From Candidatus Parcubacteria bacterium (GTDB taxonomy: Bacteria; Patescibacteriota; Minisyncoccia; SW-4-49-11), in assembly GCA_041164045.1 (NCBI GenBank), contig JBEAQD010000045.1, positions 1 through 44,863 on the forward strand: DNA of 44,863 bases, read 5' to 3'. A model generated the notes under the pieces. That model was not told the DNA's origin, did not search any database, and saw nothing but the letters and a program-made list of their open reading frames with translations. Below are positions 37,092 through 44,863 of the stretch, piece after piece (within the stretch, counting starts at the first letter, position 1; every line of letters begins with the position of its first letter). Both the position numbers and the translations under genes were made by a program.

Positions 37092-37745
37092 TTATTTATT
37101 TAATTCTGCATCTATTAGAGCCTTGAACTCATCTACAGTTTGAGGATTTTTGATAATAACTCCATTTAAGATAAAGGTTGGGGTAGAATTTATTCCAAGA
37201 GCGACTCCTGATTGATAATCCTTCTCTACTCTTTCTTTAGCATCATCTTCTGGCAATAAATCCTCGTCAAATTCTGCTACATCAAGACCAATAGCTTTAG
37301 CATAAGCTCCAAATAGACCTCGGGGATCTTTTTCTTTGGACCACTCAGCTTGATTTTTGAAAAGTTCATCTTTCATTTCCCAGAATTTACCTTCTTCTCC
37401 AGCAGCCTCAGCAGCTTGTGCAGCTAAATCAGCATTAGGATGGATACTTCTTAAAGGAAAGTGTCTATACACTATTTTCAAATCTTCTACACTATAAGCA
37501 TCTCTAATTTCTTTGACAATGTCCTCATAGGCTTTACAAGCTGGGCATTGAAAATCTGAATACTCTACTAAGGTAACTTTAGCATCTTTGTTCCCAAGAT
37601 AGGTATCCTCATCAGTTACCTCTACATTAACATTACGAGAACCAGAGTCTTGGGTTCTAATCCCCCAGAATACAGCTCCAGCTACTACTAAAACTGTAAT
37701 TATAACTATAACTTTTCCGATTAAATTATTTTCTGTTGCATCCAT
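37092..37745 (-). CDS. Membrane-anchored DsbA-family thiol:disulfide oxidoreductase (second copy)
   Basis: Has an N-terminal TM anchor and the CPAC active site (YSDFQCPACKAY). The architecture matches 34335-35081. Confidence 0.8.
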   Translation of the reverse strand: MDATENNLIGKVIVIITVLVVAGAVFWGIRTQDSGSRNVNVEVTDEDTYLGNKDAKVTLVEYSDFQCPACKAYEDIVKEIRDAYSVEDLKIVYRHFPLRSIHPNADLAAQAAEAAGEEGKFWEMKDELFKNQAEWSKEKDPRGLFGAYAKAIGLDVAEFDEDLLPEDDAKERVEKDYQSGVALGINSTPTFILNGVIIKNPQTVDEFKALIDAELNK

Positions 37746-37775
37746 ATCTATATCTTAAATTTATAATTCTTTTTA

Positions 37776-37784
37776 ATTATAACA
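37776..37784 (-). promoter_or_regulatory. Extended -10 (TGTTATAAT) for the second DsbA-like gene
   Basis: The reverse complement of ATTATAACA at 37776-37784 is TGTTATAAT, 30 nt upstream of the ATG at 37745. Confidence 0.55.
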
Positions 37785-37817
37785 TATTTATAGACAAAAT
37801 TCAAATAAAATATCACT

Positions 37818-39050
37818 CTAATGACTATGCCCATGATGAATTGGCTCTGCTTTGGCTCTGGGTTTGTGAATATAATTATCAAAAACTTTAGCTGCAATCA
37901 AGCTAGTGATGGGGACGGCGAGTATAATCGCAATACTTCCAGACAATGTTCTGACTAATTCTTGTCCGATAAACTCGGAGTTGAGAGTGACCCAAATTGG
38001 CACATTAGCACTATTGATATATAATAGTAAGAATAAAGGCAAGCTAGAACCAACATAGGCTAAAGCCAAAGTATTAACTAGAGAGGCGATATGATCTCTA
38101 CCAACTGACATCCCAGCCTGATATAATTGTTTGAATTTAGTTTTGGGATTGGCTCTCTTAATCTCATCTATAGTAGCTGCTTGAGCTACAGTGACATCAT
38201 CCAATACTCCTAACATACCTACTATTACTCCCGCTAATAATATTCCTCGTAAGTCCAAATCAACATTAGTAATAGATGCTAGATAAAAAGTATCCTCGCT
38301 TCCAACACCAAACATATGAGCTAGATAGACAAAAACAGCAGATATTATATAAGCTAATATTAAAGTTATATTCATACTAGCAAAGGCTATAAAGGTACGA
38401 ACTCTAAATCCATGAGAGACAAAAATAGTCAGAGTAATAATTGTAAAACTAGCTATAAATGTTACCAAAACAGGGTTTTGCCCACCTAATAAAGAAGGTA
38501 CCAAATATCCCACCAAAACTCCTACACTAGCAATTAACCCTATCATTGAGCCAATACCTTGTTTACCTGCAAAGATTATAGTTAATATCAAAAAGAATAT
38601 GACCATCCCCAATAATCCTGGTAATCTATATCTATCCTGAATATAATATTGTGCTTTGTCAGCAACTTTAGTCTCTACCACTACTAGCACATCTCCTTTT
38701 TTATAAAGTTGACTTTCTTGCAGATCTGTCCCTCCTCCATTTTCTACAACTATAATTTCTCCTTTTTTATCTTTATCTAAAATTTTTAAAGTTAATTTTT
38801 GAGTAATTAATTTACGGCCAAGCAACTCTCCCTCACTACTCTCTACCGCCTGAACTTCTGCTCTATAAAAAGCATCTGGCTCTGTATATTGATTCTCCTC
38901 AAAGCTATTATTCTCGCTAGATATACTTTCACCATCTATTTCCATTACTTCTGTATTATCATTCATAAAATCCTCTGTCTCTTGAGCAAAGGCATTGATT
39001 GGCAGAATAGTTAGAAATAATATAATTAAAGTATAAAGTAATTTATTCAT
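37818..39050 (-). CDS. YibE/F-like polytopic membrane protein with His-rich C-terminus
   Basis: Has a signal peptide, an extracytoplasmic N-terminal domain, then about 7 TM helices in a YibE/F-like arrangement. It ends PIHHGHSH. The family call is from overall pattern only. Confidence 0.55.
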   Translation of the reverse strand: MNKLLYTLIILFLTILPINAFAQETEDFMNDNTEVMEIDGESISSENNSFEENQYTEPDAFYRAEVQAVESSEGELLGRKLITQKLTLKILDKDKKGEIIVVENGGGTDLQESQLYKKGDVLVVVETKVADKAQYYIQDRYRLPGLLGMVIFFLILTIIFAGKQGIGSMIGLIASVGVLVGYLVPSLLGGQNPVLVTFIASFTIITLTIFVSHGFRVRTFIAFASMNITLILAYIISAVFVYLAHMFGVGSEDTFYLASITNVDLDLRGILLAGVIVGMLGVLDDVTVAQAATIDEIKRANPKTKFKQLYQAGMSVGRDHIASLVNTLALAYVGSSLPLFLLLYINSANVPIWVTLNSEFIGQELVRTLSGSIAIILAVPITSLIAAKVFDNYIHKPRAKAEPIHHGHSH

Positions 39051-39053
39051 ATA

Positions 39054-40379
39054 CTATTGGTTTTTGGTAATAGTTTCTTTGGCAAGATATGACCTCAAAA
39101 CTTTTGGTATCACAATACTTCCATCAGCTTGCTGATAATTCTCCATAATCGCAATCAATATTCTACCAATGGCAAAAACGGTGGCATCATTCATATGTAC
39201 AAAATGTTTGTTACCCTCACTGTCTTTATATCTTGTCTGTAATCTACGAGCCTGAAAGTCTCCCATATAATCTGAAGTATGGGTTTCACGATATTGATTC
39301 TGCCCCGGCAACCAAGTCTCTATATCATAAGCTCTAATATCTGGAGTACCCATATCGGCTGTACATTTGAGCACCACTTGATAGGGAAGTTCCAATTGTT
39401 GCATAAGATATTCCTGAATTGCCAGGATCAAATCTTGCTCAGCAAATCCTGAATCCTTATCGCTAAAGACTTCAATTTCAATTTTATCAAATTGATGAAG
39501 TCTTAGAATCCCCTTCATATCTTTACCATAAGTCCCAGCCTCTCTTCTAAAAGCAGTAGAATACCCAACATATCTTAGAGGCAAATCTCTATAATCTAAA
39601 ACCTCATCAATATGTAATGGGCCTAAAGTATGCTCAGCACTACCGACTAGCATCAGCCCATCCTCCGTAGTCTGATACCTATCATCAATCGGATCAAGTC
39701 TTCCCATTCGCTTCATTACTTCTGGCTTCATCAAAACTGGAGGAATAACTGCTGTATAAGTCTTATTAGGTATATTACCTAGACCAGCTTGATGCATAAT
39801 TTCTTGAATTGCATTACTATTTCTCAATGTAGACATCACCCATTGAATTAAAGCAAATTGCAAAAGCACTAAATCACCTTTAAGATAAGCGAATCTAGAC
39901 CCTGAAACTTCGGCTGACTTTTCAGTGTCTATCAGATTCAAATTTTTACCGAGCTGCCAATGCTCTAATGGAGTAAATGTAAATTCTGGCTTCTCCCCTA
40001 CTTGCCTTAAGACTACATTTTCATCCTCAGACAAACCAACTGGTGTGTCATCAGAGTATATATTAGGCACTTTGTACATCTCCTCCTGATAAGTATCATC
40101 AATTTTAGTAAATTCTGCTTCTAAAGTCTGTAATTTATCTTTGACATCTTTACCTTTTTGGATTAAATTTTGTTTTTCAGAATCTGTAAGGGTGGCCATT
40201 TGCTTCATTTGCTCAGCAATATAGTTTTTATCAGCCCTCAAAGCTTCAATTTGTTGTAAAAAATTTTGCCTCTGCTCATATAAACTTAATAAATAATCTA
40301 TATCTATTGAGACTTTTTTATTCTTGGCAACTTCAATTATAAATTCACGATTAGCTTTAATATATGATATATCCAACAT
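39054..40379 (-). CDS. serS: Seryl-tRNA synthetase
   Basis: Has an N-terminal coiled-coil arm (MLDISYIKANREF...) and class II motifs (FRREAG, GILRLHQFDKIE, the THTSDY...ATVFAIGR region). I prefer the start at 40379 because an extended -10 sits inside the longer ORF. Confidence 0.9.
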   Translation of the reverse strand: MLDISYIKANREFIIEVAKNKKVSIDIDYLLSLYEQRQNFLQQIEALRADKNYIAEQMKQMATLTDSEKQNLIQKGKDVKDKLQTLEAEFTKIDDTYQEEMYKVPNIYSDDTPVGLSEDENVVLRQVGEKPEFTFTPLEHWQLGKNLNLIDTEKSAEVSGSRFAYLKGDLVLLQFALIQWVMSTLRNSNAIQEIMHQAGLGNIPNKTYTAVIPPVLMKPEVMKRMGRLDPIDDRYQTTEDGLMLVGSAEHTLGPLHIDEVLDYRDLPLRYVGYSTAFRREAGTYGKDMKGILRLHQFDKIEIEVFSDKDSGFAEQDLILAIQEYLMQQLELPYQVVLKCTADMGTPDIRAYDIETWLPGQNQYRETHTSDYMGDFQARRLQTRYKDSEGNKHFVHMNDATVFAIGRILIAIMENYQQADGSIVIPKVLRSYLAKETITKNQ

Positions 40380-40405
40380 ATTTATACATAATTTTATATA
40401 ATTTA

Positions 40406-40414
40406 AGTATATCA
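40406..40414 (-). promoter_or_regulatory. Extended -10 (TGATATACT) for serS
   Basis: The reverse complement of AGTATATCA at 40406-40414 is TGATATACT, 26 nt upstream of the ATG at 40379. Confidence 0.5.
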
Positions 40415-40445
40415 CAGACAAGCTATACACTCAATAATTATTTTA

Positions 40446-40454
40446 TGATATACT
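40446..40454 (+). promoter_or_regulatory. Extended -10 (TGATATACT) for the second LamG-pilin gene
   Basis: TGATATACT at 40446-40454 lies 26 nt upstream of the ATG at 40481. Confidence 0.5.
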
Positions 40455-40480
40455 AATTATAATTAGCTAAAATTATAAAA

Positions 40481-41623
40481 ATGAAACATATTAATCACAA
40501 AGGATTTTCTCTACTAGAAATATTACTAACTATTACCCTATTATCTATATTATTTGCAATATTAGTAAATTCTATAAACCCAAGTAATATTTTATCTGAA
40601 GTTCAAGATAATCAAAGGGAAGCAGATGCACTAACAATCTATCAAGCTTTAGAACAATATGCCCTCAAAAATAATACCTATCCCGAGGCAATCAAAAATA
40701 TGCCTAATAATAGTTCTGCTTATATCTGTAAAACCTCATCTCCAAATTGTACTAATTTTAATCAAATCAATCTTTCTACAGATATATTGGTTCCGATATA
40801 TCTGTCTAAAATACCAGAATATTCTACAGATACTAACAATAGTGGTTTTTATGTGGTTAAAGATTCTAATGGAAAAATTGGAATTGGAGGAGTCAGGAGA
40901 TTGAATGATACAACTTTTGTAAAAGGTTTGGAAAAGCAAAATTTTGAAAATATAGTTACAGATGGACTTGTACTATATTTAGACACAGGATATAAAAATA
41001 GCTATCCAGGTACAGGAAATACTTGGTTTGATTTGAGTGGAGGTAGCAGGCATTTTACAGGAAATGCTATATTTATTGATAGTATAAATGGAATTAGATC
41101 TGGAGCCACATGGACATCCCCAGCTTCTTCTGTTGGTAACATATTAAATACTGATTATCACTCTATATTTTTTACTATAAAATTCAATAGTACGACAACA
41201 TTTCCTGAAGGCTGGACAGGTGCTTGGAACAAAATATTTGAACATAATGGTAGCTCAGGAGACAGAAGTCCTGGAATTTGGAGATACCCTAGTAATAGAA
41301 TTATTCACTGGAGATATAACCCAGGTAATACAGGTGCTGATTTTGGACAAACAGGATCTAGTGGAAATTTTTCACTCAATTCTTGGTTTATTGTTGGAGT
41401 TACAAAAGATGGAGCAACTGCTAGATCATATGTAAATGGAACACAGGTGTCAATGAGCTCTGTTTCATTCCCCAAACAAACCGGTTCATCTAATATAAAC
41501 TTATTGCCAGGATATCCATCTGACATAATAAATATGAATAATGTTATGATTTATGATAGGGCTTTAAGCTCAAGTGAAATCCAACAGAACTTCAATGCGA
41601 CCAAAGGTAGATTTGGGTTATAA
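40481..41623 (+). CDS. Type IV pilin-like protein fused to a LamG-like C-terminal domain (paralog of 27111-28328)
   Basis: The prepilin motif is MKHINHKG/FSLLEILLTITLLSILFA. The core has ALEQYALKNNTYP, C....C and LVPIYLSKIP. The C-terminal domain reads GLVLYLDTGYKNSYPGTGNTWFDLSGG...VMIYDRALSSSEIQQNFNATKGRFGL. Confidence 0.88.
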   Translation: MKHINHKGFSLLEILLTITLLSILFAILVNSINPSNILSEVQDNQREADALTIYQALEQYALKNNTYPEAIKNMPNNSSAYICKTSSPNCTNFNQINLSTDILVPIYLSKIPEYSTDTNNSGFYVVKDSNGKIGIGGVRRLNDTTFVKGLEKQNFENIVTDGLVLYLDTGYKNSYPGTGNTWFDLSGGSRHFTGNAIFIDSINGIRSGATWTSPASSVGNILNTDYHSIFFTIKFNSTTTFPEGWTGAWNKIFEHNGSSGDRSPGIWRYPSNRIIHWRYNPGNTGADFGQTGSSGNFSLNSWFIVGVTKDGATARSYVNGTQVSMSSVSFPKQTGSSNINLLPGYPSDIINMNNVMIYDRALSSSEIQQNFNATKGRFGL

Positions 41624-41654
41624 TCACCTCCCTATCCATTCACTAGCCAAAATA

Positions 41655-41690
41655 AAAAACCCACTACTGAAAGTGGGTTTTTTATTTTTA
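41655..41690 (+). terminator. Intrinsic terminator after the LamG-pilin gene
   Basis: An A-run precedes a stem pairing CCCACT (41660-41665) with AGTGGG (41672-41677), followed by TTTTTTATTTTT. Confidence 0.65.
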
Positions 41691-41699
41691 GTGCTGGTG

Positions 41700-41827
41700 C
41701 AACAGACGTCGCTAATGCTCTCTAAAACCCCTCGGTTTTAGTATTTCCGCCACGGGAAACTCCCGTTTCCCCGCCCCCCTCCCTGTCCGTCCTCCAGAAA
41801 TAAAAAAAACTCCCAATTCTTTGAGAG
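41700..41827. repeat. GC-rich island E, bracketed by a duplication of the tRNA-Leu 3' end
   Basis: The GC-rich block contains CGGGA-aac-TCCCG, AAAACC-cctc-GGTTTT and CCCCGCCCCCCTCCCTGTCCGTCCTCC. It lies between TTTTTTATTTTTAGTGCTGGTG (41678-41699) and TTTTTTTATTTAGTGCTGGTG (41828-41848). The latter is the real tRNA-Leu 3' end plus its terminator T-run. Confidence 0.6.
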
Positions 41828-41838
41828 TTTTTTTATTT
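41803..41838 (-). terminator. Intrinsic terminator of tRNA-Leu
   Basis: The minus-strand RNA reads AACUCUC-aaagaauu-GGGAGUU followed by a U-run. The stem includes one G.U pair and is better on the minus strand than on the plus strand. Confidence 0.55.
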
Positions 41839-41840
41839 AG

Positions 41841-41923
41841 TGCTGGTGAACGGACTTGAACCGTTACGGAGTTGCCTCCAAAGGATTTTGAGTCCTTCGT
41901 GTCTACCATTCCACCACACCAGC
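41841..41923 (-). tRNA. tRNA-Leu (anticodon CAA), long variable arm
   Basis: The reverse complement is GCTGGTG TG GTGGAATGGTAGACAC G AAGGA CTCAAAA TCCTT TGGAGGCAACTCCGT AACGG TTCAAGT CCGTT CACCAGC A (83 nt). CCA is not encoded. Confidence 0.9.
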
Positions 41924-41973
41924 TATATTTATGATTATGGATAACTGTATTAGTATACCTGTCTATAAACCCC

Positions 41974-42002
41974 TTGTCAATAATTTGGAAATATGTTATA
42001 CT
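41974..42002 (+). promoter_or_regulatory. Sigma70-type promoter (-35 TTGTCA, 17 nt, extended -10 TGTTATACT)
   Basis: TTGTCA is at 41974-41979 and TGTTATACT at 41994-42002. The -10 lies 39 nt upstream of the ATG at 42042, which supports that start. Confidence 0.55.
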
Positions 42003-42041
42003 GTAAAAGTATTAGCAATATCAAAATCAAATATTAATGAT

Positions 42042-42740
42042 ATGAATAACTCAGACGACAAATCTCAACAAATTGCCGAACTAGAACAAATTGTAAAAGA
42101 AGCAGAAGCTAGGTTAAATCAAGCAAGGGCTATGCTAGCTCAAGTTGCTGGAGCTAGCCAACCTTATGTAAGTGTAGCTGGACAAGCAGAAAAAATTGTA
42201 TTGGGAGAATTTACTGGAGAATATATGGTAGATGAAAACAAAAAACAATACCCTGTACCAGCTAACTATGCTAGTAAGTCTAAGTTAATTGAAGGAGATC
42301 AACTAAAGCTTACAATTACTGCTGATGGAGCTTTTATTTATAAGCAAATTGGACCAGCTCCTCGCAGAAGAGCTATTGGAGTTATTACCTATCAAGACAA
42401 CAGTTACTTTGCAAAAGTTGGTGAAGAATTATATAGATTGTTAACTGCATCAGTTACCTATTTCAGACTATCTCCTGGAGATGAAGTAACTATTTTAACT
42501 CCCTTAACCAAAAAAAGTGAGTGGGCTGCTATTGAAAATGTAGTTAGCTCTCAGACACTTGGAATTGTAAACCCTAATGCTCCATCACAAATGACCAATA
42601 CTACTGTTACTAACTATCAGCCATCTACTCCTGATGTTTCTACTAAATCTGAAGAAAGCTCAGATTCAGTGAATGATAAAGAGACTGTTTATAGTGATAC
42701 AGAGTCAGATGAGGAAGAGTTAAAGATACAGCCTTGGTAA
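42042..42740 (+). CDS. Hypothetical protein (N-terminal helix, beta-rich middle, acidic Ser/Thr-rich tail)
   Basis: The ORF has coherent composition. I recognise no motif. The start is chosen downstream of the promoter; the ORF track start at 41931 abuts the tRNA. Confidence 0.6.
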   Translation: MNNSDDKSQQIAELEQIVKEAEARLNQARAMLAQVAGASQPYVSVAGQAEKIVLGEFTGEYMVDENKKQYPVPANYASKSKLIEGDQLKLTITADGAFIYKQIGPAPRRRAIGVITYQDNSYFAKVGEELYRLLTASVTYFRLSPGDEVTILTPLTKKSEWAAIENVVSSQTLGIVNPNAPSQMTNTTVTNYQPSTPDVSTKSEESSDSVNDKETVYSDTESDEEELKIQPW

Positions 42741-43165
42741 ATTTTAGAGAAATTATAATATTTGGGATAATTGGAGTACTGAATACCTCGATAGATATCG
42801 GGGTATTCATATTTTTGAAATATATATTCAAAATTGATAATCAGTCTGATTGGATAATATTAATTAATTTAATTGCAATTATAGTAGCTATTATATTTAG
42901 TTATTTTGCTAATAAACACTTTACTTTTCAACACAAATCTAAGACTAACACCAAGGAAGTGTCTGGATTCTTAATAGTCAATTTGTTTGGGTTTTTGGTT
43001 AATACTAGTATCTTGAGAATTACAATTGGACTATTACCCGCTACCATAACTCTCTCTTTTATTCCTTTCTTGATTGATCCGGCAGTTATTGGTAAAATAT
43101 TAGGGACAGCTGGTTCAATGATAGTAAGCTTTATTGGATATAAATTTTTTGTCTTTAATAAATAA
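42734..43165 (+). CDS. GtrA-family membrane protein
   Basis: 143 aa with 4 TM helices. The N-terminus (FGIIGVLNTSIDIGVF) and the basic loop KHFTFQHK are GtrA-like. It has a TTG start that overlaps the upstream stop codon. The exact start is uncertain. Confidence 0.7.
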   Translation: MVNFREIIIFGIIGVLNTSIDIGVFIFLKYIFKIDNQSDWIILINLIAIIVAIIFSYFANKHFTFQHKSKTNTKEVSGFLIVNLFGFLVNTSILRITIGLLPATITLSFIPFLIDPAVIGKILGTAGSMIVSFIGYKFFVFNK

Positions 43166-43177
43166 AATCATATTTTT

Positions 43178-44833
43178 ATGCCAGCCTTATATCGTACTTA
43201 TAGACCTCAAAATTTCAAACAAGTTATAGGTCAAGAAATCATCAAGACCACCTTACAAAATGCGATTCTCAATAATCGCACTGTGCATTCTTATCTATTT
43301 AGTGGTCCAAGAGGGACTGGCAAGACCACTATGGCAAGAATATTTGCTAAGGCTTTGAATTGTACTAATCGTCCAGACAATTCGGCTGAGCCTTGTAATC
43401 AATGTGAAAATTGTAAATCTATTAATCATAATTCTTTTATCGATTTAATCGAAATTGATGCAGCTTCTAATCGTGGGATTGATGAGATTAGAAACTTAAA
43501 AGAAGCTATTCGGTTCGCTCCTTCTCAAAAAAATGGATATAAAATTTATATTATCGATGAGGCTCATATGTTGACCAAAGATGCTTCTAATGCACTCTTG
43601 AAGACATTAGAGGAGCCACCGCATAATACCATTTTTATCTTAGCTACTACGGATGCTCATAAAATGATACCAACTATTCTCTCCAGAGTTCAAAAATTTG
43701 ATTTCAAACCATTATCTTATGCTGAACTAAAACATAAAATTCTATTTATTGCGAAACAGGAAAAAATAAAAATTGATGAGCAAGTTGTCAATCAGATTAT
43801 TTTACAGGCAATGGGAGGCGCCCGTGATGCTGAGAGCATTTTGGGTAAATTAATCTCAGGAGGTAATGATGATATTACATTAGATTTCGCTTCTTCTATT
43901 TTGGGTAAAAACTCCTATTTTGAAGCTTATACCTTATTAGAACTATTATCTAATACTAAATTATATGAATCTATAAGGCATATACATAAGCTATACAAAG
44001 ATGGGTATGCCATGGAGCAGTTAATTGTAAACTTATTGAATATTAGTCATAATGTTTTTTTGATGCAAATTAATCCAACTCTAATTACTAAAGACTCCCT
44101 ATTAGATGATGAGTATAATAAATTAGAAATAATAGCTAAAAACATAAATAAACTATATATTAGAGACTTTATTCAGGCTTTAGAATCAATCAAGTCTCAA
44201 ACTCACTCTGCTTATTTGCCATATTTACCTTTAGAGTTAATCATAGCTAAAATTTGGGATATATATGATATCAATAACTCCAATACTATATCTGAGTCTC
44301 CTCATAAACCTGACTTGGAGCTAATAAAAACTACTTCCTCTGAGCCTACACCAAACATAAAACCATCTAAACCAGACCCTAATATTCAATCTAAGACTAA
44401 ACAAACAAGTACTTCTACCGTATCAATTTCCAAAACTCCTACTACTACCATCGTCCAAGAAAAGCTAGAAGCCGGAGACATCTATGCTATATATAAACTC
44501 TACCCAAATATTAATAAAATCCTCACCAAGACTAATAAAAGCTTAGCTATAATTTTTGCCCAAACTCAACCAGTTGAAATTATAGATAATATTATCACTA
44601 TTGCAGTAGATTCTGATTTTTATCGGTCTAGATTAGAGAAAAATACCAATCTTATTCTAGAACATCTAGTAGAACATAATCCATCAATAATAGGCTTAAA
44701 TTTTATCACTCAAAAGGTAAATCCAAATAATATGATGGATATAGATACTAGCAATAATATAGAATCAGACATTGATGATGGGCCCAAAGATATTAATGAT
44801 ACTATAGCTGATATTTTCAAAGATAGTTTATAA
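43178..44833 (+). CDS. dnaX: DNA polymerase III subunit gamma/tau
   Basis: Contains YRPQNFKQVIGQE, the P-loop GPRGTGKTT, a Zn module CNQCENCKSI, DEAHMLT and ILSRVQ (SRC motif). Confidence 0.92.
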   Translation: MPALYRTYRPQNFKQVIGQEIIKTTLQNAILNNRTVHSYLFSGPRGTGKTTMARIFAKALNCTNRPDNSAEPCNQCENCKSINHNSFIDLIEIDAASNRGIDEIRNLKEAIRFAPSQKNGYKIYIIDEAHMLTKDASNALLKTLEEPPHNTIFILATTDAHKMIPTILSRVQKFDFKPLSYAELKHKILFIAKQEKIKIDEQVVNQIILQAMGGARDAESILGKLISGGNDDITLDFASSILGKNSYFEAYTLLELLSNTKLYESIRHIHKLYKDGYAMEQLIVNLLNISHNVFLMQINPTLITKDSLLDDEYNKLEIIAKNINKLYIRDFIQALESIKSQTHSAYLPYLPLELIIAKIWDIYDINNSNTISESPHKPDLELIKTTSSEPTPNIKPSKPDPNIQSKTKQTSTSTVSISKTPTTTIVQEKLEAGDIYAIYKLYPNINKILTKTNKSLAIIFAQTQPVEIIDNIITIAVDSDFYRSRLEKNTNLILEHLVEHNPSIIGLNFITQKVNPNNMMDIDTSNNIESDIDDGPKDINDTIADIFKDSL

Positions 44834-44863
44834 TAAATTTTCTCGCTCTTTTAATAAAATTTC

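Noticed and set aside
40380-40480. The major coding-strand switch (minus-strand genes to the left, plus-strand genes to the right) as the replication origin.
   Set aside because: The 100-nt spacer holds two divergent promoters and only weak 7/9 matches to a DnaA box (e.g. CTATACACT). There is no dnaA/dnaN nearby and no DnaA-box cluster. I cannot compute cumulative GC skew here. A skew minimum at this point plus clustered TTATNCACA boxes would revive the idea.
41712-41909. A 65-aa minus-strand ORF.
   Set aside because: It runs through tRNA-Leu and GC-rich island E. Its Arg/Gly-rich translation is a by-product of the GC-rich structured sequence.

Overview
This is a visibly AT-rich, very gene-dense bacterial chromosomal segment. 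It uses the standard genetic code: TGA, TAA and TAG all end long ORFs, and there are ATGA start/stop overlaps at 14760-14763 and 30293-30296. I call about 45 protein genes and 2 tRNAs (Arg-CCT, Leu-CAA). I see no rRNA and no CRISPR array.

Nearly everything from 76 to 40379 is on the minus strand. From 40481 onward the genes are on the plus strand.

Most of the content is housekeeping:
- Division and shape: ftsA, mreB.
- Chromosome maintenance: parA/parB, gyrB, dnaX, ruvA, ruvX, radC.
- Translation: rpsU, ybeY, serS, miaA, and a degenerate HisRS-like gene.
- Murein: murA, a MurE-like ligase, and a PBP5-type carboxypeptidase.
- Non-oxidative pentose phosphate pathway: rpe, tkt, rpiB.
- A thiol-redox cluster: Prx, Grx-like, TrxB, and two DsbA-like proteins.
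- A Rel/SpoT homolog, idi, glycosyltransferases and a MacB-type ABC pair.

The gene set, the tiny spacers and the multiple type IV pilin-like genes resemble small-genome Patescibacteria/CPR-type bacteria. That placement is inference only.

The non-routine content is:
1. Three dispersed paralogous type IV pilin-like genes share one pilin core but carry swapped C-terminal modules, either a glycine-rich domain or a LamG-like lectin fold.
2. Five GC-rich, hairpin-dense islands occupy the only long non-coding spacers. They share exact 13-mer and 15-mer motifs. One is bracketed by a duplication of the tRNA-Leu 3' end, and three sit next to the pilin genes.
3. An IS30-family element is nested inside an IS1595-family element that is also knocked out by a TGG->TAG change.
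4. ftsA is followed directly by a 693-aa acidic coiled-coil gene.
5. Extended -10 promoters (TGnTATAAT) recur just upstream of start codons.

I could not recognise any named defence or accessory system. The best candidates for something new are the modular pilins and the GC-rich island family.
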